Assembly: GCA_043821385.1 (NCBI GenBank)
Contig: JBDRCV010000008.1
Location: 1 to 33,668, forward strand
DNA: 33,668 bases
Direction: 5' to 3'
DNA from: an archaeon
GTDB lineage: Archaea; Iainarchaeota; Iainarchaeia; Iainarchaeales; JBDRCV01
Under the pieces are notes generated by a model. It was not told the origin of the DNA and did no database searches. It saw only the letters and a program-made list of their open reading frames with translations. Of this stretch, positions 1 to 8,500 are shown piece by piece. Every line of letters starts with the position of its first letter. Positions within the stretch are counted from its first letter, which is position 1. The translations under genes and the position numbers were made by a program.

Positions 1-656
1 TAAAGAAAACTATTCTGAAAGTCCAAGGAATTCATTAAATCAGCTTCAAAAAAAGTGCTAGTGTTAACTATTGGCAAAAAGAATAACTGGATTGTAATAA
101 TAATTCCAAGAAAAATAAAAAACATTAAATAACTTGAAAACAAAGCACTGAAAGTAACGCTCCTACGCTTTTGCTTTAACCTTTCAATTTCTGTTAAATA
201 ACGAGAAGTAACGTCAAAAACTTTTAACAAACTTCCTCCCTGCTTGTGGCTTTCAGAAATAACCATCACACTTTTTCTAATAATATTGCTTTTGATTTTT
301 CCAAAAACATTAATCATTGCATCCTCAAAAGACACGCCAAGCTTTAATTGTGCTGCAACTTTTCCAACCAAAAACTTTAATTTACCATAATCGTTTCTTG
401 AAACAATAGTCATTGCCTGAACAACACTCATTCCGCCTTGAAGCAAGTCACGCAAGTCATCCAAAAAAGCAGTAAAATTAACTTCATACTCGTGAACCAA
501 AAGCCTTTGCTTGTAATTAGCAATACCAATTAACATTACTATTGGCAGAAAAGATAAAACAGTAAAAGGAGTGCTAAGCAGGAAAATAAAAGTAATTAAT
601 GACAACAATAAACCAGTAATAAAGTACTTGAAATAATAACTTTCAATCAAACTCAT
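1..656 (-). CDS. Type IV filament membrane platform protein, single T2SS-F domain (TadB/GspF/FlaJ-like); 3' end cut by window edge
   Basis: Absent from the ORF track because it runs off the window. My own minus-strand translation from ATG 656-654 stays open to position 1: MSLIESYYFKYFITGLLLSLITF...FTAFLDDLRDLLQGGMSVVQAMTIVSRNDYGKLKFLVGKVAAQLKLGVSFEDAMINVFGK...ESHKQGGSLLKVFDVTSRYLTEIERLKQKRRS... This is TM helices flanking a cytoplasmic helical bundle, as in T2SS-F domains. An AGGTG SD overlaps the upstream stop codon (666-668). Confidence 0.75.
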   Translation of the reverse strand, partial: MSLIESYYFKYFITGLLLSLITFIFLLSTPFTVLSFLPIVMLIGIANYKQRLLVHEYEVNFTAFLDDLRDLLQGGMSVVQAMTIVSRNDYGKLKFLVGKVAAQLKLGVSFEDAMINVFGKIKSNIIRKSVMVISESHKQGGSLLKVFDVTSRYLTEIERLKQKRRSVTFSALFSSYLMFFIFLGIIITIQLFFLPIVNTSTFFEADLMNSLDFQNSFL

Positions 657-665
657 TTCTTACAC

Positions 666-1538
666 CTACATTCCGCCAGGAGACATTATCTCCATTAACA
701 ACAAAAACACTATGTTTAACGCTGGAATTAACAGAAAAATTCCAATAGTTAACAAGAAGTCAATGGTTAAACCAAAAATAGTTCCGCCAAACATTCCCAT
801 TAACATTATTGCAGAAAAAATAAATAATGGTGCCGCAATAACAACTCCAGTATAAATGTCTCCAAAAGTTTCCGCTCTCTGGTTTACTTCATTCATTCTT
901 AAAACGTATTCAAATTGAGCTTTATCAGCACGCTTTTGCATAAACAACCCTAAATCTCCACCTGAAGACATTGAAGCCTTTAACTCAATCAAAAACTTTC
1001 TTAAATCATTTGAAACAGTTAACTTTGCAAGATGAGTAATAGCAGCACTTAAACTTAAACCAAGTTCATCCATAAACCTTTGAACCTTACTTAATTCCCG
1101 GGAAATTACAGGGTATTCTTCTGCTTCACCTAAATTCTGAAACATTGCACTAGGCGGAGTACCAGATTCCACAATAGTTGACATGCTTAAAATAGCTAAA
1201 GCTAGATTGTTTCTAATTACTTGAGCTTTCTTGAAAACCAAATAATAAGGGTAAACAAAAACCAACCCAATAAAACTAATAAGAAAAATAAAAAACAAGC
1301 CAACAAACAACAATAAATCAACTTCAAAATTAATGAAAGCAAAAAGAACAAGAGAAACTAACACGACAAAAAAAGCTGAAACAATTGAAGCCATAAACCC
1401 TAAAGACAAGTACTCTGGCAAACTAATTTCTACGTCAGCGTCAAACAACTTTTTCTCTAACTCTTTAGAGTCAATCAATAAAGCCAAAGGCTTAAAAAAC
1501 GCGAAAGCAATTTTAGCAAGCAAAACATACAATTTCAT
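666..1538 (-). CDS. Type IV filament membrane platform protein, single T2SS-F domain (TadC/FlaJ-like)
   Basis: 290 aa. N-terminal TM helices are followed by a cytoplasmic T2SS-F-like bundle (NNLALAILSMSTIVESGTPPSAMFQNLGEAEEYPVISRELSKVQRFMDELGLSLSAAITHLAKL...SSGGDLGLFMQKRADKAQFEY) and C-terminal TM helices. It lies 10 nt upstream of a second such gene. Confidence 0.8.
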   Translation of the reverse strand: MKLYVLLAKIAFAFFKPLALLIDSKELEKKLFDADVEISLPEYLSLGFMASIVSAFFVVLVSLVLFAFINFEVDLLLFVGLFFIFLISFIGLVFVYPYYLVFKKAQVIRNNLALAILSMSTIVESGTPPSAMFQNLGEAEEYPVISRELSKVQRFMDELGLSLSAAITHLAKLTVSNDLRKFLIELKASMSSGGDLGLFMQKRADKAQFEYVLRMNEVNQRAETFGDIYTGVVIAAPLFIFSAIMLMGMFGGTIFGLTIDFLLTIGIFLLIPALNIVFLLLMEIMSPGGM

Positions 1539-1592
1539 GACAGCAAGAGAAAGTAAAAACTAGTTAAAAAAAGTATGGTTAGAAAGAAAAAA

Positions 1593-2129
1593 CTATTTCT
1601 TAATTAACTTTCTTTTCTCTAAAACTAATTCAAACAATTCTTTTGCGAAATCGTTTTTAATGCGTGCTTTTGCGCTATCATAGAATTCATTTAAATTGAA
1701 TTTATTGTTTTCAGTTTCATACTCTAAAGCCTGTAAAGCCATTTCCAGTTTATCCATATCCCTAACAAAAATTGCTTCAAGAGTTTTTCTTTCTTCAAAC
1801 TCTAACCATAAATCAATTAATTCTTGGTTGTTAGAAAAAAGTTTTTTTAAAGCATTTAACTCTAACTCATGTTGTTTCTCTATAGTAATTCCATCATGAG
1901 GGGTAAGGTCTCCAACAATACTTTCAGCTAAATCATGAATTAAAGCCATTTTAACACATTTTAACTCGTTTAAACCAGCTTTTCTTGCAAGAAGTAAAGT
2001 CATGACTGCCACCCGAAAAGAATGGTCTGCAACGCTTTCAGGATTAGGAATTTTCTTTAAAACCCATCCAGCTCTCTTCAATTTCTTTAATTCCCCAACT
2101 TTATGGAATAATTCAATTAAATCGTTCAT
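1593..2129 (-). CDS. HD-domain phosphohydrolase, YfbR/HDDC2-like 5'-deoxynucleotidase family
   Basis: 178 aa with family motifs LKRAGW, ESVADHSFRVAVMTLLLA and ALIHDLAESIVGDLTPHD. Same strand as its neighbours, 35 nt after the ATPase stop and 54 nt before the platform gene start. Confidence 0.8.
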   Translation of the reverse strand: MNDLIELFHKVGELKKLKRAGWVLKKIPNPESVADHSFRVAVMTLLLARKAGLNELKCVKMALIHDLAESIVGDLTPHDGITIEKQHELELNALKKLFSNNQELIDLWLEFEERKTLEAIFVRDMDKLEMALQALEYETENNKFNLNEFYDSAKARIKNDFAKELFELVLEKRKLIKK

Positions 2130-2164
2130 TAAGGATTCTTCATAAGAAAAAGATTTAAAGGCAT

Positions 2165-4282
2165 CTAAATCAGTTTTTCTTTTTTCTTGTAAGAATTTAA
2201 GTCTTCTTTGAATTCAATAAAGGTTTTTGGAGGGTCTTTAATTAAGCCGTCAAGGAATTGTTTTCTGGATTGAATTACTTCTAATATTCTTTGGTGTGAG
2301 ATACCGTACTCGGCTGAAATTGTTTTCAAAACCAGACTACGGTAAGTTATTGGAAGAAAATCAGTTCCAATTGTTTCGCCTTGGCCTGTAACACTGATTT
2401 CTGTTACTGGTTGTTTTTCCATTGCAGGATTCCATTCAAACAACTTGTTGGTTTCAAGTTTTTGGGTTTCAATGTTAAAACCTTTAACTTCATTTATTGC
2501 CCTAATCCTTCTTTCAATACTGCTGACTCCAGAAAACCCTAATGCAATAATTAAGTCTAGGCTGTTTAACAATGTTGGAGACAAATTAATTGGCGGAGTA
2601 ATTAACCTGTTAACCACGTCATCAACGCTTTTAGCGTGAATAGTTGAAAAACAAGTGTGTCCTGCACTCATTCCCTGAAACATAACGTAAGTTTCATCAC
2701 CTCGAACTTCTCCTACAATTAAGTAATCCGGACGCTGCCTGAAAGACTCTTTAATTAAGTCAATTAAACTTACTTCCCCGTACTTTCTTCCAGAAACATC
2801 TGGTGGACCAAAACCAGGCCTTGAAACTTGAGGTAGCCAGTTATCGTGAACCAAGTTAATTTCTCGAGTGTCTTCAATTGAAACAATTCTTTGAGCTGCA
2901 GGAATAAGCATTCCTAAAACGTTCAATAAAGTTGTTTTTCCTGAAGCAGTCGGCCCAATAATTAAGATTGAACGCTTGAATTCAATTGCCAGCCACAAGT
3001 AAGCTAGAATTTCAGTGTTAAGCATTTTAAATAAAACTAAGTCAATTGGACTAAAAGGAGTTTCAGGAAATTTTCTGATAGTAAAAGTTGGGCCGGAAGT
3101 TGAAATGCTTTCAGTTAAAACAGCGTTAACACGAGAACCATCAGGCAAAACTGCATCCAGTAAAGGCGAAGCAAAAGAAACATAACTCTTGCATAATTGA
3201 GATAACTTAATAATAAAATCCTGTAATTCTTCAATTGAATCAAAAGAAACATTAGTTTGAAGGTTACCGTATTTTCTGTGAACGATAAACAATGGAATGT
3301 TTGTTCCATCACATTCAATGTCTTCAATTAAAGGGTCATGCATTAATGGTTCAACTTTGTTGACTCCATACAAGTCTCTTGAAAGAAAGTAAACGAATTT
3401 TTCTTTTTGTTCGTCACTTAAAGTTAACTTGTTTTTAACTAAAATCTTGCTTAACCTGGTGAAAAGTTTTCCTTTTCCAACCGTACCCAAAGCAACTTCT
3501 TCAATAAACCTGTCTTTCAAAAAACTTAATTGTTTGGCTTCAGTGTCAGACAATAGTGGTTCGTAAACAAAGTATTTTTTGCCTTCCCTGGTTTCTTCCA
3601 CTTGAGCAAAAGCAAACTCTGGCACTAACGTTAAGTATTCTCCCATTGGCTTAAAAGATTTTTCTACTTGTTCTGCAGTACTTTCAAACAAGCTTTCATC
3701 TAAAGCTTCTGGTTTATTAAACATGCTTGGAAACAAGTCATGCAATTGTTCTCTAACGTAATCTTTTACCAGAGTTGAAAGAGACTCTTCACCAAAGTCA
3801 ACTTCAGTAACAGGTTTTTGTAAAACAATTTCTTTTTTGGTTTCTTTTGGAATTTCAATTATTTGCTTTATTTGCTCTTTCTTTAATTTAACTGGTTTTC
3901 TTACTTTAATGTTTGAAACTTTCTTTAAAGAATCCTTTAAATTAAACTTTAAATTACTTAAAGCACTGGCTTTATGGTAGCGCGTGAAAGGAAAAGAATG
4001 CAAGCCAACCGAGTCAGTAAGAGAATTAAAATTACTGGCCAGTCCAAGAAAGTCATTAATTATTTCGTTGTCAATTGTTTTTAATTGTTTTAAAGTATTT
4101 TTTTCTGTTAAAAGTTTCCTGTATTCTTTCCTGAATTCTTTTTCTGAAAGCTTTTTAGTTAAAAGTTTTTTCTCTAAGTCAACTGCCAGCTTGCTTGCCT
4201 GCAATCGTTTTTTCTCTGTTTCCTTAAGCTTTTGAACTTTCTTTTCAAGTTCAAGCATTAATTTAAAGGAAGGGTAAGTCAT
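2165..4282 (-). CDS. Type IV filament assembly ATPase (FlaI/ArlI / PilB / TadA / VirB11 superfamily) with long K/E-rich N-terminal extension
   Basis: 705 aa. Walker A is GPTASGKTT (nt 2931-2957). Other motifs are an Asp box SIEDTREI, Walker B region DYLIVGEVRGDE and a His box GHTCFSTIHA. The first ~210 aa (about nt 3650-4282) are lysine/glutamate-rich predicted coiled coil that I cannot assign to a family. Confidence 0.9.
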   Translation of the reverse strand: MTYPSFKLMLELEKKVQKLKETEKKRLQASKLAVDLEKKLLTKKLSEKEFRKEYRKLLTEKNTLKQLKTIDNEIINDFLGLASNFNSLTDSVGLHSFPFTRYHKASALSNLKFNLKDSLKKVSNIKVRKPVKLKKEQIKQIIEIPKETKKEIVLQKPVTEVDFGEESLSTLVKDYVREQLHDLFPSMFNKPEALDESLFESTAEQVEKSFKPMGEYLTLVPEFAFAQVEETREGKKYFVYEPLLSDTEAKQLSFLKDRFIEEVALGTVGKGKLFTRLSKILVKNKLTLSDEQKEKFVYFLSRDLYGVNKVEPLMHDPLIEDIECDGTNIPLFIVHRKYGNLQTNVSFDSIEELQDFIIKLSQLCKSYVSFASPLLDAVLPDGSRVNAVLTESISTSGPTFTIRKFPETPFSPIDLVLFKMLNTEILAYLWLAIEFKRSILIIGPTASGKTTLLNVLGMLIPAAQRIVSIEDTREINLVHDNWLPQVSRPGFGPPDVSGRKYGEVSLIDLIKESFRQRPDYLIVGEVRGDETYVMFQGMSAGHTCFSTIHAKSVDDVVNRLITPPINLSPTLLNSLDLIIALGFSGVSSIERRIRAINEVKGFNIETQKLETNKLFEWNPAMEKQPVTEISVTGQGETIGTDFLPITYRSLVLKTISAEYGISHQRILEVIQSRKQFLDGLIKDPPKTFIEFKEDLNSYKKKEKLI

Positions 4283-4305
4283 TTAAAACTCCAAAAAAAG
4301 TTATT

Positions 4306-4653
4306 TTATTTTTCTTCCTCTATTTTTCCCAGTCCATCAGAGTCAATTCGAATATTATAAGCATCTTTTATTTCAGTTAAAATGTCAGTTAACTCGTTTA
4401 CAAGCGAAACAATTTCACTCCACTTGTCTTTCTTTGTTTCAATTGCTTTACTTAAACGTTGTTTGCTTGAGTCAACAATTTTTAAATAAGAAAACTTGCT
4501 TATATCTCCGTCATCAAACCTTTTTTTCACTCCTTCACTTTCAGCTTTAATTGCTTGAGCTTCTTTTTCTAAACTCCTTAAAGATTCAACTGCCGCCACT
4601 ACAAGATTTGTTTTGTCCTCGAACTCATCTAATGCTTCAATAACATCCTTCAT
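4306..4653 (-). CDS. Small coiled-coil protein, unknown function (pilus operon member)
   Basis: 115 aa, charged heptad-like sequence with no TM segment. It sits 24 nt upstream of the ATPase gene on the same strand. Coding status is supported by operon context only. Confidence 0.5.
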   Translation of the reverse strand: MKDVIEALDEFEDKTNLVVAAVESLRSLEKEAQAIKAESEGVKKRFDDGDISKFSYLKIVDSSKQRLSKAIETKKDKWSEIVSLVNELTDILTEIKDAYNIRIDSDGLGKIEEEK

Positions 4654-4668
4654 TCATTCACCTCAAAA

Positions 4669-5187
4669 TCATGATTTCCTGATTAAAGAAGTATTACCTT
4701 TAACCAGTTTCAAATACAGTGAAAAATCATTCCCTGCATTATAATCACACTCACAAAGACTAATGTTTACATCATTTAAAAAGATTTCCTTTACCAGAGA
4801 ATTAGCATCAGTCAAGGTTCCCTGACTAACACCATTAAAATAATAACTGCATTCTTTTTGCATGAAGTTGCCTAAAACATAGCCAGCGTTAACATCAAAA
4901 GCAATAAAACAAAAAGAAGGCTCAAAAGCAGAGCGTTGAGCTTGCTCTTTAACCTTTACTCCAAAGTCAAACAAGTTAGAGTTTAAATCAAAAACTATTG
5001 GAATAGTAGTGGCAGAAGACATAGTTGTAAGGTAAACAAAATAAAACTCGTTTGAAAAATTATCTAAAAGAAAATCACTTGAATTAACAGTTGGCTGAAC
5101 GCTAATGTTAGCAGCGAAAAAAAAAGCAATAATTAAGCCAATAAAAATTAAGGCTCCAAGAATAAAAACAAAACCTTTTTCAGCCAT
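4669..5187 (-). CDS. Pilin-like protein with class III (prepilin) signal peptide
   Basis: I prefer the internal ATG at 5187 over the track start at 5244. It gives MAEKG/FVFILGALIFIGLIIAFFFAA, a short charged leader ending in KG followed by a hydrophobic helix, the same 5-residue leader as the three upstream pilins. It also gives an 8-nt overlap (ATGGCTGA) with the preceding gene. The mature part has four Cys. Confidence 0.65.
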   Translation of the reverse strand: MAEKGFVFILGALIFIGLIIAFFFAANISVQPTVNSSDFLLDNFSNEFYFVYLTTMSSATTIPIVFDLNSNLFDFGVKVKEQAQRSAFEPSFCFIAFDVNAGYVLGNFMQKECSYYFNGVSQGTLTDANSLVKEIFLNDVNISLCECDYNAGNDFSLYLKLVKGNTSLIRKS

Positions 5188-5566
5188 AACTCCACCCGTA
5201 AACCTGTAAAACTTTTGGATTGTAAGACAAAACGTTTCCTTCAAACAAGTAATTGACTACCACAGTGTTAGCGTTTGATGGCTTGGAACCATAACAAACA
5301 CCATTACTAACATCCAGTCCCTCACAAACTCTTACTTCTAATCCTAAGTCAATCATTTCCTGTAATTCTTCTTTAATTAAAGATGTTTGATGCAAAGAAA
5401 CTTTTTCCCTGAAATCTTGTTTTAACGCTAGCTCTGAAACCGTGCTCTCAATGCTTTCTTGCAAGGAATTCATTCTTGGAGTTGAAACTAATGAAGCCTG
5501 ACTGACAGTAAAAAAAACTGTAAACAATAACGCTACAGCAATTAATGCTTCAATTACTTTAATCAT
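5180..5566 (-). CDS. Small protein with N-terminal hydrophobic helix (possible minor pilin or signal-anchor protein)
   Basis: 128 aa starting MIKVIEALIAVALLFTVFFTV; there is no [KR]G leader. Its ATG overlaps the giant gene stop (ATGA at 5563-5566), implying translational coupling. Confidence 0.55.
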   Translation of the reverse strand: MIKVIEALIAVALLFTVFFTVSQASLVSTPRMNSLQESIESTVSELALKQDFREKVSLHQTSLIKEELQEMIDLGLEVRVCEGLDVSNGVCYGSKPSNANTVVVNYLFEGNVLSYNPKVLQVYGWSYG

Positions 5567-8500
5567 TTTCTTTGACTCCTGACTTTTAACTCCGAGTACT
5601 TTAATTTGCCGTCAGAGTAAAGGTAAGGAAAAGTTTCACTTTTAACACTTGCAAACCTTTCAGAAATTAAAGAACCATAAGACAAGTTAATGTCTTGTTT
5701 TTCAAACGAAAGCAAGTAATTCAAGTCACTTGAAAAAGCATTAAAGTCTGGAGTAGTAATAACCTTCAAACTTGAAATCAATGGTTTTGTAAGGTAACGA
5801 GTGTTAGTGAAAGTTTTCCCTAGGTTTGAAGGACTGTAACGGAATTTAAGTAAAGCATTAAAAGCACAGCCAATCGTAACGTTTTCATCCAGCCAAACAT
5901 CACAGTCACCGTACTTGGTTTCGTTTCCAACAGTCACAGTTTCAGGGTTTAAGACAGCACGCCTAATAGAAAAATTATCAAACCTTGCCTTGCTTCCCCT
6001 TGTAACTAACCCAATGTCTCCTGGAGGTAAAGGACTTGAATCATTAAAGTCAATCAATAAATTGTTGTCAACAAAAACTTTAATGTTGTTTTCAACCATT
6101 TTCACACTTAACTTATACCAAGTTTGAAAGTTAATGGTTGTTGAATCATTAAAGTCAAGTAATTGGAATTCAAATTGCCCAGGACCAATTTGATTTGATT
6201 TAACTAAAGCAACAGGCAAAGGGTTTGCAGGAGTAGGAGTAGTATAATTTATTTGAGCCACATAAAAAATGTTTCCTTTTCTTTGAAACTTTATTCCAAC
6301 GTTATGGTCTCCTGCAGTAGCATCTGTTTCGTCAATGTAAACGTTTGCATCAACCCAAAAATTGTTGTCTCTGACAAAGTCAACAACTGTTCCTTTTACA
6401 CTAGAAGAATTAACTTGAGTGTACTGCTTGTTAACAATTGCCCAAGAAACGTTTATTTCATCCCAGTCAATTGGGTCACCATCATCTTCATTACCATCAT
6501 CAAAGTTATCAAACGCAACCAAGGCTTTTAAAGCATTTGAATCAAAAACCGCATTACTTTTACCGTAAGCTATAGCATAATCTCTTGAAGTAGTATTAGC
6601 TGGAAGGCTTCTTTGAAGTTTAAAGAAAACATTAGAGTCAACAGAATTACAATCCATTACAATAGTATCAAGCAAACTATTACCTTTTAAGTCAAAAACT
6701 TTAACGTCATTACAGTCACTTAAAACTTTTCCTGCAGCAATCAAGGACTGCGTGTCAAAACCAACCCTGACAGAATAATTAACGTCTAATGATTCAATTG
6801 AAGAAGAAACAATTAAAGGTTTCTTGAAAGAGTAGCCAAGGTTAACCCAAGACGAATTGTTTTCATCCTCTCTCATTAAATCAATTGTTAAAGTAGTGTT
6901 GTCATCTAAAGAATTATGCAAGATTAACTGGTTTGAAGTCAAATAATTGTTGTTAGAATTGTTGTCTTGAATTAAACCATTAATAGTTGAAAAATTGCTT
7001 AATGACTGGAAATTAAATTTTGTTGGATAAGAAATTTCTAACTTGTTTTGGTCTCTTGCAACATCAAAGTAAACAAAATAATTCCTGATTTTTCTGTCAG
7101 AAGAATTCACGTCAACTAAAATGTTTAAGTCTCCAATTTTAGTTGAAGAATTGAAAGAGAATTGTGACGGCACTGACGAACAAGTGTTTGGCGAAAGCTT
7201 GTTAGCATCAAGACAAAACATTTTTCTGTCAAGACTTGAAACATTAAAGTCATCAATTGAAACTCTTGTTATAACAGTGTCAAAAGCAATAAATTTGCCA
7301 GTGCGTAATGGCACGGAATCCTGCCAGCTGCCAAGATAAGTTCCGTCACGCCACACTTTAATTAACCCGTCAGTAATTGTAATCCTGTAAAAATACTGGG
7401 TTCCAGCAATTGCAGCAGCAGCAATAATTGATTGCTCTGCTTTAACGTCATTTGAAACCTTTAAAATTGTAAGACTGTCAGCGTTCTGGTCAACAATGTA
7501 AGCGCTGTGCCCAAACCTTTTAAGAGAGTCTTGAAGGTGAGAGTAAACCATTGCATGCGTGTTAGAATCAAACTTCATTGTAAACTGTAAGTCAATGTTA
7601 GAGTGAGGAAGGTAAACGAAAGCATTAGAGTTATCATCTAAATCGCCTTGCTTTAACATTTCGTTTTCAATAAACCAGTTACCGTCACGAAAAACCCAGC
7701 CGTTAGCATCATTAAAATTATCTGTAAATTGGTCAGAATACTCTACTACTCTAATAGAGTTAGCGTCTAAAGCCCTTGAATCTGAAACCCTGCTTAAAGC
7801 TTTAGAGAAATCAATTTTAGTTTCAGCTAAAAAGTTTTGGTCAATTGTTCCAGTGTTCACACTTACAGGTAACCTGTAAAGCCATTCATTGTACAATGGC
7901 ATAACGTTAACGTCAGCAACAACTAACTGTGACTCTATTGCCCTTAAACCAATTCCACCCTTGTTTACTCCTGGATTAAAACCAGAGTCAGTTGAATCAA
8001 TATCCCAAGAACTTGACTCTGAGTCAATTGAACGCCAAACCCTAAATTTAATTGCATCTTTATCCAAATAAATTTTAGCATTATACCAAGAATTTAAAAC
8101 CATTGTCTTGTCAGCTGACGCAATAAGAGTGTAAACACCATTAACATACCTTCTGATTTCAAGGTTTCTGGAAGCTGGTTCAGGTGAAACCACAAAAGCC
8201 AAAAAGTTTTTTGAGTCAATGTAACGAACCAAAAACTCTACTTGTTTTTGGCCAACGTTTGCAACCTTGAACTTTGTCTTAAAAACATAATTAGAGTAAT
8301 TAATGTCTTCAATTGTTGCAGTATGATTTGTGTCAGTAGCTAACTCAAAATAATTACTGTCAAGCACTTGCCAGTTGCCTGAAACCTCGTTCCAGTCACC
8401 AGGATAACCATCATTAGCGTTATTGTCTTCAAACGCGTCAAAGAAAATACTGTCAGTCCACCAGTTCGCACTAAAAGTTATGCCGTTGTCATCCTTGCTT

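Noticed and set aside
1333-4235. Plus-strand ORFs 1333-1563, 1696-1899, 2445-2639 and 3984-4235, and minus-strand ORF 3115-3327, inside the platform, HD and ATPase genes
   Set aside because: They are antisense or out-of-frame shadows of long, motif-bearing genes. They are low-complexity S/F/L/K-rich peptides with no start context.
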